64,000 bases of DNA from NCBI GenBank assembly GCA_951804945.1, contig OX638153.1:73160001-73224000 (forward strand), written 5' to 3'. The stretch comes from Podarcis cretensis. Its lineage: Eukaryota. Position 1 is the stretch's first letter. Each line of letters opens with the position of its first letter. Position numbers and translations under genes: made by a program. The notes beneath the pieces were generated by a model. It worked only from the letters and a program-made list of their open reading frames with translations. It searched no databases and was not told where the DNA came from. Below are positions 48,301 to 61,700 of this stretch, in pieces.

Positions 48301-51300
48301 AATATCATGACCAATGTCTTGTGCCCATTTAATCATAGCTGATTTCACCGTTTCATCCTGTGTATTCCATTTAAGCAGCAAATTATACATTCTTGACAAA
48401 TTTTTAGTATTGGGTTCTAACAATTCTGTTTCTAATTTAGACCTCTCCTTCTGGAAGCCTATTTTCCTGTCCTGTTTAAATGCCTCATATATCTGATGAT
48501 AGTGTAACCAGTCTCGTACTTTAGGCTTTAGTTTCTCATAACTCTGTAATTTAACTTTTTCACCATCTTGTTCTAAAATTTCACAATATTTTAGCCAATT
48601 AGGCTCCATATTAAGTTTTTTCACCTCTTTGGCTTCCATTGGTGACAGCCACCTGGGAGTTTTACTTTCTAACAAATCTTTATACCGCATCCAAACATTA
48701 TATAATGCTTTTCTAACAATATGGTTTTTAAAACCCTTATGTACTTTTACCTTGTCATACCATATGTATGCGTGCCAACCAAATCTATTATCAAACCCTT
48801 CCAAATCCAAAATGTCTGTATTCTCAAGAAGCAGCCATTGTTTCAACCAGCAAAAAGCTGCCGATTCATAATAAAGTCTTAAGTCCGGCAGGGCAAACCC
48901 CCCTCTTTCTTTTGCGTCAGTTAAAATCTTAAATTTTATTCTGGGCTTTTTGCCCTGCCAGACAAATTTAGATATATCTTTCTGCCACTTCTTGAAACAC
49001 TCCATCTTGTCCAATATCTGCAATGTTTGAAATAAAAACAGCATTCTAGGCAACACATTCATCTTAATAACAGCAATTCATTCATTCTTATTACTGCTCA
49101 ATATTCTGTTCTGATTTGTGGTCATCATGTAACTGAATAAATTAATGTGAAAGACTGAAGATAATAATGGTCATGTCTGCAATAGAAGTAATCAGCTTTG
49201 ATTTTGAGTTTTGATTCCCCCCCCCCCCCCGTTTTATGCAATCTGCCCAGGCACCTGGGTCAAATTGGTATGTGTAGAAACATGTGGTCTCTTTCACAGA
49301 TTGGTGTCCCAAGTATACTAAATGTTTATTTGCATCTGAGATGCAGATTTTTTAAAAATGCAGTTGGAGGGGGGGGACTAATAATTAACAGGATTCTTCT
49401 TCTGAAACTAGTGGGGGGAAATCTACTATTGGGAGATTTCCCTCAAAACCAGGAGGGATTTTTCTTGGGATCACAGAATGAGTGGTAAGGGCTAAATTTC
49501 CCTTTTCATGCCTTCCCTAATCCTCTTACCGGTAATTCACTTGTACATGCATGCACACACACACAAAATGCAACTTGCATTTTAAAGAACCTGCATTTTA
49601 TATGCAAGGATGCATTTGACAGCACAACACAACACAGATAAACCATGCTTTGATGCATGGTGGGCTAGATGAGGGCCAATATGCTGAAGTTGAACCCTGA
49701 CAAGATAGGAGGCCTCGTGAATGGATGGTTCTCATGCCTGGGAATTGGGCGATTTGCCTGTTCTGAAGGAGCAAGTACATCGCCTGGGGGTGCTCCTTGA
49801 TCCATCATTGTCACTAGAGACCCAAACGACTGGTGACCAGGAATGCCCTTTACCAGCCATTCCTGGACAGGAATAGCTTTTCCACAGTGATCCATGCATT
49901 TGTAACCTCAGTGGTAGATTTGTAATTCCACGTGGGGGTGCCCTTTAAGCTGATTCAGAAGCTGCAGTGTTTAGGTAACTGAGTGGAGCTGTGCGACATC
50001 ACTTATAAAAGGACTGCACTGACTGCCAATTTGCTACTGAGCTAAGTTTGAAGTTCTTTTGCTGGCTTCTAATGCTCTGAACAATGTGAAACTACACTAT
50101 CTGAAGGAATGGCTTCTCCCATGTAGACTTGCCTGTTTGCTGAGATCTTCAGATAAGTCTTTCTTGGTAGCTTGCTGAGATTCATCTTATAACAACCTGG
50201 AGGAGAACCCCTTCTGTTGAGGTGCAGAGCTTTTGCAACCACTTCCCCTATGAAATAAGGCATACATAAACTGAGTTTTTGACGCTTGCTAAATACTTAT
50301 TTAGGTAAAGGGACGCAGGTGGCGCTGTGGGTTAAAGCCTCAGCGCCTAGGACTTGCTGATCGAAAGGTCGGCGGTTCGAATCCCTGCGGCGGGGTGCGC
50401 TCCCGCTGCTCGGTCCCAGCGCCTGCCAACCTAGCAGTTCGAAAGCACCTCCGGGTGCAAGTAGATAAATAGGGACCGCTTACCAGCGGGAAGGTAAACG
50501 GCGTTTCCGTGTGCGGCTCTGGCTCGCCAGATGCAGCTTTGTCATGCTGGCCACGTGACCCGGAAGTGTCTCCGGACAGCGCTGGCCCCTGGCCTCTTGA
50601 GTGAGATGGGCGCACAACCCCAGAGTCTGTCAAGACTGGCCCGTACGGGCAGGGGTACCTTTACCTTTACCTAAATACTTATTTATGCACCCAGCCATTT
50701 ACCCTTACACATCAGAATACTCTTACATGAAGATGTGTGGGGAAAGTAAAAACAGACTAGGTTTTTCATTTAAAGATAATGCATTGCAATTTCAAAAAAG
50801 AAAAGAATGAACCCATAAACTATGGATTTATTGTAAAGATCCTATTACATTTTTTTTCAGAATTGTGTCTGCAACGGTAAAAGCCACTGTTCTTGTGATG
50901 CGATCAAAGGCAGTAAGGTAAGAGGTTGCATATTTACTTTTTTTTTAAAGTACATAATAATTAATGTTTGCATAATACTTTTGAGAGTTCAAGTGCTTCT
51001 CATACATTATATGATTGTAATCCTCAGAGCAAACCTGTAAGGTAAGCCAGTATTATTATCCCCATGGCGAACTAAATTAACTGGTGGCGGCAGCAACATT
51101 TTGATATTTCAATAACTAGGACGTGATAGAACATTTTGAGATTATATGCTGTACCTTGTACTAAAAACAGTGTAACAGTTGGGGCATCATTTCAGAAACG
51201 TATTGCAGAAAGAGTTCGAAACTCTGATTTGTGCATTCAGTTCTGTAGTATCCCTGACAAATCAGCTCACTTATAAGCATAAAGAAAGCTGAGAAAATTC

Positions 51301-53742
51301 TGTGTGCACAAAACAGTAGTGTGCCCCCTCCAGCGGCACATGTTAGAATAGCATGATATGAGACAAAATAAAAATGAACTGGCAACTATATTTATGGGCT
51401 AACAAGATTAGGGGCTTAGTTGGACCAATAGTAGGACTAAGCAATATTCATTTAGTGTTTCATTTTGCTTATTAACTTGTTCATAAATGACTAGAGATAG
51501 GGGTTAGCAGTGAGGTAGAGAAGTTTTCTGATGATACTGATGGTGGTTTAAAAAAGGGATTGCGGATAGCTTCAAAATGATCTTTCCAAGCTGAGTGAAT
51601 GGGCATTAAAATGTCAAATGCAATTTGGTGTAAACAAGTGTAAAGCGATGTGCATTGGGGCAAAAAATAAATAAATCATAATTTTACATATTCATTCATG
51701 GGGTCTGAACTGGCAGCGACTGACCAGGAGCAAGAAAATTCTTCTTCGCGCAGTCTGTAGTTAAACTCTGGAGTTCTCTCTCCAAAGGGGCACCGATGGC
51801 CCCCAACTTGGATGGTTTTAAAAAATGGTTAGACAAATTCATGGAGGCAGCATACCTCTGAATACCAGTTCTGGAAACCACGGGACAGGAGAGAGTGCTG
51901 TTGCGCTCAGGTCCTGCTTGCAAGCTTCCCACCAGCATCTTGCTGGCCACTGCGAGCACAAGATGCTGGATGAAATGGACTACCAGCTGGTCTACTAGAC
52001 CATTGACTAGAAATTGACTACTAGCAGACGACTAGACTATTAGCAGGTTCTTCTTACGTTTTTATGGATAAAGATATTGGGTAGCATCTGATACGGCATG
52101 GATTGTGTTCCATGAATGACACACAACTTTCCATTCCTCTCCTCTCTCCATGCACCTCCAAAATTAATGTCAAAGGTCCATGGTGGGTGGGAGCAGCTGC
52201 AAAGGAGAGGAAGGGGAAGCTCCATTGCTGGGCAAGCAGAACAGTACCATTGAGTGCAGCCTATTATTTTATTGACCCTGATTAAATTAATCAATTTTTG
52301 TTTAAACCATCACTGTAGCCTATACTATTATGCTAGTTATCATAATAGTGTGGTACGCTGGTTTGACATCATCTGATAGGAAGTGCCTCCAGAGGGTAGT
52401 GAATACAGCACAAGATATTATGGGCTGTCCCGTGAATCCGCTGGATGAAATAATGGAAGAACGTTGCCTCAGGAGAGTGAGGAAAATTCTCAGGGATGAT
52501 TCACACCCTGGTTGGCACTTTCTTGATCTCCTGCCCTCAGGCAGAAGATATAGAAACATGATTAGTCGCATCAACAGGGTAAAAAACAGCTTCTATCTGT
52601 GGGCTGTTAGGCTGCTGAATGAAAAGATAACAACAGAGCAACTGACTTTTGGGTTTGGTGGGTGTGCGTCAGTAAACGAGGGGAATTAAGACTAAGAGAG
52701 CTGAGTGGGGTGGGTGTGTTTGTGTAATCTCACTGTATACAAGTTGTACAAGTGACAATAAAGTATTTCAATTTCAATTCAATTTCAAAATTCAATTTTG
52801 ATCATCATTACACCTTGCAGAAAAAAGTTTAAAAACATTTAAGTACAATATATAAATGTAACGCTTCTGCTGTTTGAGAAATTCTTATGGATCGGTGCTT
52901 TCCCAGCTTCCTCAGCTTAGTTCTCAAGTGCAACATCAAACATAAAGTGGGATGTTGATGCCGGAATGTTCTCAGTGTCTGTGAGTCTATACTGATGGGA
53001 AGGCATGTGCTTGGATGGTTTTTAAAAAATAAAATAAAAATCCAGAATGTTATGTGAAGATCTGTAATGAATTTGCAGAAGAAATGACAACGGTGCGAGC
53101 AAAGTCTTTACACAGATTGTGTATTGCAGGGTGAAAAGGGCTTTCCTGGTTTCCCTGGTCCACCTGGTCAGATGGGTTTCCCTGGTCCAGAGGGTCCTCC
53201 TGGGCCACAAGGACCAAAGGTATGTTGTGATCCCTGATGCATATTTATGGGTGCTGCAGTATATGCAGATGGTAAGTGTGAAAGAGAGAACAATACCGAA
53301 AAAATACAGTGGTACCTTGGGTTACAGATGCTTCAGGTTACAGACACTTCAGGTTACAGACTCCGCTAATCCAGAAATAGTACCTCAGGTTAAGAACTTT
53401 GCTTCAGGATGAGAACAGGAATTGTGCTGCCGCAGTGCGTTGGCAGCAGGAGGCCCCATTAGCTAAAGTGGTGTCTCAGGTTAAGAGCAGTTTCAGGTTA
53501 CCACTGTAAATGACACCCACGAGCTTACAGTTTAGTCCCTCTCTCTGACTGACACTGTGCCTTTTGAGAAACTAGGTGTGGGCCTTAAATCAAACTCCAA
53601 AAGTAATTAAGTAAATTTGATTTGTTTGATCATAAGCTGCGGCAGCAAGCTGCGAAATTCCAATATGCTTTTATTGCATTATTTTTTCCATTCTCTAGTT
53701 CTTTCAATGCTGCCTGATTATAACAATAAAGATGCTACTTCA

Positions 53743-53789
<47 letters not shown>

Positions 53790-56700
53790 TTATTATTTAT
53801 ACCCCGCCCATCTGGCTGGGCCTCCCCAGCCACTCTGGGCGGCTTCCATAGAAACCAAAAATACACTAAAATATCACACGTTAAAAACTTCCCTGAACAG
53901 GGCTGGCTTAAGATGTCTTCTGAATGTCAGGTAGTTGTTTATCGCTTTGACATCTGCTGGAAGGTTATTCCACAGGGCGGGCGCCACTACCGAGAAGGCC
54001 CTCTGCCTGGTTCCCTGTAGCTTTGCTTCTCGCAATGAGGGAGCCGCCAGAAGGCCCTCGGCGCTGGACCTCAGCGTCCGGGGAGAACGATGGGGGTGGA
54101 GACACTCCTTCAGGTATACTGGGCCGAGGCCGTTTAGGGCTTTAAAGGTCAGCACCAACACTTTGAATTGTGCTCGGAAACGTACTGGGAGCCAATGTAG
54201 GTCTTTCAAGACCGGTGTTATATGGTCTCGGCGGCCGCCCCCAGTCACCAGTCTAGCTGCCGCATTCTGGATTAGTTGTAGTTTCCGAGTCACCTTCAAA
54301 GGTAGCCCCACGTAGAGTGCATTGCAGTAGTCCAAGTGGGAGATAACCAGAGCATGCACCACTCTGGCGAGACAGTCCGCAGGCAGATAGGGTCTCAGCC
54401 TACGTACCAGATGGAGCTGGTAAACAGCTGCCCTGGACACAGATTTGTTCTGTGCCTCCATGGACAGCTGTGAGTCCAAAATGACTCCCAGGCTGCGCAC
54501 CTGGTCCTTCAGGGGCACAGTTACCCCATTCAGGACCAGGGAATCCTTCACACCTGCCCGCCTCCTGTTCCCCAAAAACAGTACTTCTATCTTGTCAGGA
54601 TTCAACCTCAATCTGTTAGCCGCCATCCATCCTCCAACCGCCTCCAGACACTCACACAGGACCTTCACCGCCTTCACTGTTTCTGATTTAAAAGAGAGGT
54701 AGAGCTGGGTATCATCCGCATACTGATGAACACCCAGCCCAAACCTCCTGATGATCTCTCCCAGCGGCTGCATGTAAATGTTGAAAAGCATGGGGGAGAG
54801 GACAGAACCCTGAGGCACCCCACAAGTGAGAGCCCAGGGGTCTGAACACTCATCCCCCACACCACTTTCTGAACACGGCCCAGGAGGAAGGAGCGGAACC
54901 ACTGTATGACACTGCCCCCAGCTCCTCAAGATGGTCCAGAAGGATGTTATGGTCGATGGTATCAAACGCCGTTGAGAGATCCAGCAGAACTAGGAAACAG
55001 CTCTCACCTTTTTCCCATGCCTGCTGGAGATCATCAACCAGTGCGACCAGGGCAGTTTCAGTCCCATGATGAGGCCTGAATCCCGACTGGAAGGGATCCA
55101 AATGGTCCGCTTCTTCCAGGCGTGCCTGGAGTTGTTCAGCAACCGCTCGCTCAATCACCTTGCCCAAGAATGGAAGATTTGAGACTGGGCGATAGTTGGC
55201 CATTGTGGCCGCATCTAAAGATGTTTTTTTAAGAAGCTCAGGCAGGGAATCCTTGGTGCAGCGGGGAGGTCGGTACACCAAAAGGAATCCTGTACTGCCC
55301 CTATTGCCCAACTTCCAGAACATGCACTCGGAAAAAAGGGTCTTCCCAATAGGACGCCTGGTGCAAACTAATGACTTCCTAAAAATCACTGCAACCCCCC
55401 CCTGCCCGCCCACATGACCTGGGTTGCTGTGCGTAAGAGAAACCTGGTGGACAAGCAGTGGCAAGCACAGGCCCATCTGCTTCATCCAAGTCTCTGTTAC
55501 ACATGCCAGGTCAAGTCCCCCATCCATGATCAAGTCATGGATGGCAGTGGTCTTATGAATCATTGACCTGGCATTGCACAGCAGCACCTTCAGGTCATGT
55601 GGGTATCCCTTGCTGATTCTAGTATCCATCCGGTCAGGACCAGACCCGGAGGCAGGAATAGTCCTCAGACAACGACTAAACCTGCCCCCTCTGTAATGAC
55701 ATGGTCTAGTCTTAGCGTAACTCCTCCTCCTACCCGTGATCACTGAGATTGGTTGTCCCAGTGCATCCCCCCCTGTGGAACATGCCCCAGCCATTTTGTG
55801 GGCTGGGGCCCACTCCCCGGCAGCCCTGACCCCTCCCCTTAAGAACAAAATAACACTTTAAACAAACAAAGAAAGAAACAAAACCAATAAAGCAATACAA
55901 ACAAAAAACTGTAAAAATTACAAAAACATCAAAATGAAAAAAATTCCCCAAGCCCAACCAAAGATCCATCTCACCCCCACCCCCCACATACAAAAAATAC
56001 AAAAGAAATTTTTAAAAAACATTTTAAAAACACTCTGTGCCCCTCCGGCAGTAACAGCAACTGTTCTAGTGAGGCCTGTCAGGCCCCACTCTGGGCCAGG
56101 TGGTAAGTGGCAAGAGCAGGGCCCTCAGGCACTCACTCAGGGGATTCCTCCTGGGCAGCAGGCAGCAAGCAGCAAGCAGTCATTGTGAGGCTTCAGGCCC
56201 CGCCCCAGGCCAGGTGGTAAGTGGCAGGAAGGAGCAGGGCCCTCAGGCACTCACTCAGGGGAGTATTCCTGGGCAGCAGGCAGCAAGCAGCAAGCAGTCC
56301 TTGTGAGGCTTCAGGCCCCGCCCCAGGCCAGATGGTAAGTGGCAGGAAGGAGCAGGGCCCTCAGGCACTCACTCAGGGGAGTATTCCTGGGCAGCAGGCA
56401 GCAAGCAGCAAGCAGTCCTTGTGAGGCTTCAGGCCCCGCCCCAGGCCAGATGGTAAGTGGCAGGAAGGAGCAGGGCCCTCAGGCACTCACTCAGGGGAGT
56501 ATTCCTGGGCAGCAGGCAGCAAGCAGCAAGCAGTCCTTGTGAGGCTTCAGGCCCCGCCCCAGGCCAGATGGTAAGTGGCAGGAAGGAGCAGGGCCCTCAG
56601 GCACTCACTCAGGGGAGTTTTCCTGGGCAGCAGGCAGCAAGCAGCAAGCAGTCCTTCTGAGGCTTCAGGCCCCGCCCCAGGCCAGATGGTAAGTGGCAAG

Positions 56701-58743
56701 AGCACGGCCCTCAGGCACTCACTTAGGGGAGTCCTCCTGGGCAGCAGGCAGCAAGCAGCAAGCAGTCCTTGTGAGGCTTCAGGCCCTGCCCCAGGCCAGA
56801 TGGTAAATGGCAGGAAGGAGCAGGGCCCTCAGGCACTCACTCAGGGTAGTCCTCCTGGGCAGCAGGCAGCAAGCAGCAAGCAGTCCTGAAACAGAAGTTA
56901 AATAAGGGAGCAATTCTACAGCAAGATCTGCTGGGATGAGCAGGGGTAAAATGGGGAGAGAGTTTATCCAGCAAAAAGAGAGATGTAACTCAAGCACTAT
57001 TTTTAAAGCTTTATTTTCCCTCTTTCAGGTTTAGGCTGGGTCAGTCAACAGTGCTCCCAGATTGAGTTTAGATCTGGAGCACTTTGTCCTGACTTAATTT
57101 ACACCAGCCTGCTTTACAGCAACTTCTTGTTATAGGATTGCTCCCTTAAATGGCAATCCTAAACCCACTTGGATAAAGCGCCACTGTATTCCATATGACC
57201 TATTTCTCAGTAGACATGTTTAAGATTGCCCTAGGATTGCCACTGGTATATTTCAGCACAGTCCAGCGAAGGTTAAGCATTTTGAAATCCCGTTGATTTC
57301 AACATGAGAGTTTTAGCAACATAGTCCACTTTCCCATTGACTAGTGAGATTTTAAAGGGCTTGATGACTATGTGGCGGGCATTGCTGGGAACAGAGCAGG
57401 AAGCCTCAACACATACCCAGTCTATGGGCATTCACTAGGCTGTATAATTTCTATGGATATGCAAAATATATCCATGTACCTCTGCTCATGATTGGAAAAC
57501 CTGCTTTTCACATAAACATCTATGTGCATTCTGTTCTTGTGCATTGTGTACAGTTAATGACTGAACCCATTTTAAAGCCTCTTGATTGAAAAAAAGAGAA
57601 TTAGCCATTTTCAAAATTGAGATAAAATGATGATAGGGTGTGTGTACATATGTATACATACATACATATATATATGTATATAACTTTCTTTAAAATTTTG
57701 GATTTTATTGCTTGATACAGTATGTTAAAAACCTCTAATAAAATTCTATATAAAAGAAAAGAGAGAGAGAACTAGCACATCCTATGTAATGAAAATTCTG
57801 TTATATTGCTGGTCCGTTTTTTATTGCTATGTATTTGCCCTGAGAGATAGGTAAGAAATTATTTTAGACCCTTACAGAAAAATATTTTGTGCTTCCAATT
57901 CTATTGCTGTTGTTATTATTATGGCTGTATTATTTTTCCCGAAGACAGGAGTGCCTGGCGTGCTCTGGTCCATGGGGGTCACGAAGAGTCGGACACGACT
58001 AAACGACTAAACAACAATTATTTTTCCCCCTTAAAAGAGAATATTCATTGTGGGGCGTGTGAAGTAGCAGTCACTGGAGTTGGATTGGTTTTTGCCTGTT
58101 ACTTGAATTCTTTTGATCATTAGACTAGAGTATAACAGATATCAAACACCAGAAGAACAGATTGTGTCTTTGGACCTTCTACAAAAAGACAGGAATTCCA
58201 GTATAATTAACTATTGTTTCCTTTGCTTCCTAGGGTTTTCCAGGGCCAGTGGGCTTTGTTGGGCCTAAAGGTTCAAGGGTTCGTATTTTGTTCAGTAATA
58301 TATTAACTTGCAGTGTTCAGAACAGCAACAATTCTCAATTTTCTAAAAATGATGGACATGATCTCAGTGGTGCTATGATGTGCTTTTTGATAAGTGAATT
58401 GCAGTTGCAGGGGACTGTCAATTTTTTGGGAAGCTGTGCTGGGATTGGGTTGGTGGTTAGGTTGTCACACGTGGTTGTTGTGAGGATAACATGGGGAGAG
58501 AAAGAACCATGTGTGCAACCTTAAACTCCTTAGAGGTTGAGGTATCAATGTAACACATAAATAAACATTTTCACTGTGCCATTTTTTCCCAAGCTACTTT
58601 GCCCCCAGGAAAGCAAGCAGGGGTGCCTGTATTTCCTCTGCCACTCCAGGGCAAACAGCAAAGAGTTTGGCGGGGGGGGCAGTTTTAATCAGGAAGATGT
58701 TGTGCAGGAAATGTATTAAACAATGCCCCGCCTCACTCATACA

Positions 58744-58782
<39 letters not shown>

Positions 58783-61700
58783 ATGCACACACAGAGGAAA
58801 GAGAGAGAGAGAATTCTGAGAAAATTGTCCACACTTCACAGCTGTATTATAGTGTGGAGAGTTGGAAGAAGTAATCATGTTTCTATGTGCTTGCACACTT
58901 TTCAAAACATATGCATTTCTTTGTTTTATGCAATAGTATACTTTTGTATGGCAACATACGCTGAATGTAGGATTGCACATGTGAATATTATGGTAAACAA
59001 CTGTTTCCCTAACAGAAATACTTAATCCTGAATCAGTGTATTCAACAGCTTTTTAAAACTACAGACAATGTCGACAAACACAGTATTTACTAACAGTGGG
59101 TACTTTCCAAATATCAACTGCACGTGAAATAAACAACTTACTAAAAAGAAGCATGTACAATTATTTCTAAGATGGAAATCCTACTCCTTAAAAGCCACAC
59201 CACCCATCTCTAGGTTTATTTATTTCTTAAATCATGAAAGTGTCCCATACTCTTCATATATAGTTTTAAATAGCCAGTGCACTACCAGTGACTCAAAGTT
59301 CAGATACAGCATAATCTCTTTTTTAATAATAAAAAAGGCTTTTATAAATGAATTTCCTCATGCTCGGCTCAATGACAGATCCTACAGCATTCCAGTGATG
59401 CAAATAATAATATGGCGCAAACAATGTCATGAATGCCATTTGTTAAGCAAGTTCATGGAAACTAAGCACAAGGGGAGATCAATACATTTGCTGTCCTGGG
59501 ATTGTTTTGGTCTGCTAGGTGAATTAAGGCTTACTTGTATAATGGTACTTAGCCTAGCCTTAGCACAGTCTGTTCTTTTGGACCCTTGAACAATGACAAC
59601 TCCACAACTTTAGATAATAATAGGCTTGTTTTATTAAAAAACAGTCTACTGACTGATTTCTTTCTCTGTTTCTTCTTATCATCAGGGTTTGCCAGGAGTC
59701 CCTGGTTATTCAGGTCCCCCAGGCCTTCCTGTAAGTACAACAAAACTTAATCGAGCAGCTTCAAGTATATTGACGTTACTGATGCTAATAAACCTTTAAG
59801 ATAATGGAGGCAATAATCATCTTAAAGGTTTATTAGTATAAGTGCGCTATTACTGAGGCACAAAGGTATTCAGTTTTAATAAACCAGCCGCCCATACAGT
59901 CAAAAGGCTATAACGAGTAAGTTTGCACTAATAGCTACCTTGGCAATGTTCTAACTACTTTTAGGGCGAAGCAGGAAATGCAGGTGCTCCAGGACGTCCA
60001 GGTATACCAGGTTGCAATGGGACAAAGGTAAGAATGAAGCAAGAACCAATAGTGGACCACCTGTAAGAGGAATAGTTGGTAAAGCATCACACTGTGACAC
60101 TTTATCCCTAGGATAAGGAGCCTGGGGGAGGTGTGTGCATGTGTAGTTAGAGAGCACATTTCTTGGGACCCATTACGCTTTCTCCTTCCTCTCTTTGTCA
60201 GCTTTTCGCTTACTGTCTCTCTATTTTCCAGGGGGAGCAGGGATTTCCAGGATTCCCAGGGCAAGGAGGGCTCCCAGGATTACCAGTAAGTTTCAATTAA
60301 TGATAGTCAAATGTGCCTTATGTAGAGCTTTCTCATTCCAGGGGTTCAAAGCACCACATACTAATTGACTGGGAAAATCCTGAGGAGAGAGGCTGGGAAA
60401 TGTGTTGCAAACTATCAAATGGAAGCTTGTAGTAAAGGACAAACTCACACAGCAAGAACTTGTGTCTCAATCTTGGGCCACTGAATAGATAGGGGGTTAC
60501 CTTTTATCATTAAAGCCACACAATATCCTGCTGTTCTACTCTGATGGTCATCTGGAAAGTCATTATTGCTACACAACAAACCAATCAGATACTTTTAGGT
60601 ATCTTCTGTTATCATTCTTAACTTAGTTTGGGCATCAGTTTCCAAATTGTAAACAGCCCAATATGCAAGTTCTTTTGATTTCAATGTTTCAATGTTTCAG
60701 TACTGTTTCATTCTATATTCAAGTGACAATAAGAGAAAACACTCTATTAAAAAACATAGTTTAGGGAAAAATCAAAAGTTTATTATGTTTAATAATTTCC
60801 AATGGTAAAATCGGTAAGTTTGGCTCATATCTTTCCTTTTTCTGTGATCCTGCTATTTCCACCTATATTTGACAGCAGTTGTAAGCACTTTGAAATTTTA
60901 AATACATTACTTAATTTGTAGGGCTCCATTGCAGAATTTACCTGCATAAGTTTCTAATATGAGATCTGAAGCATTTATAATGTGATGTGTGTCTATCTCT
61001 CCCTTCCCTCTACCTAGGGTCCTAAAGGAATCAAGGGAGAAAAAGTAAGTTAATTTGTAAAAAGCAAGTCAGAATAAATATAGTTCTATGACACAGGAAA
61101 TGCAGTTCTGCTCATTTGTTTGCTATAGGAATATTTCAGTTCTAAATTACTTGTCTTTTTTCTAAAGCAAAACTGAAGCATTAGAAACTCTTCCAAAATT
61201 TGTACAGATAAATGTGCAGTTAATTTACAACTTCTACTTCCTTTCGTTCATTCATGTCTTCCTAGCTCCGTTTTGTCACTGTGTACATTTTTTGCAATGT
61301 TTTATCAATCTTTATATAATTATAGCAGTAGTTATATGCAGTGTTTTGCCAATGTTTACATGTTTTTATGTGCATTGATATAAACACTTGAGGAAATTCA
61401 ACTTGATATGATAAAAAACAAAACTTGATATAATTGTAGCGATATTGCTTATGTGGGGTATTTTACCAATGTGCAGGAGTGCATGTGCTCATCAGTAAAG
61501 CAGAATATAGGAAGAATTTTGTGCAATCATTCATATGATCACATCAATATTGCTTTTTCCCCAAGAGTTTTATAAATGCACATCAGTAAAGCAGATGGGG
61601 GAAAGGTTTGTAAAGCTAGCTGAAGGAACTTAAAATTGCAGCAACAATGCAAGCTCCAAGTCTATAATTAATTATAGCAATTATCCGGGTTAAATCAGAA

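Noticed and set aside
56069-56887. Regular repeat array resembling CRISPR or a repeated small-protein cluster
   Set aside because: Whole units repeat with no unique spacers; eukaryotic context; the repeated ORFs are by-products of the array.
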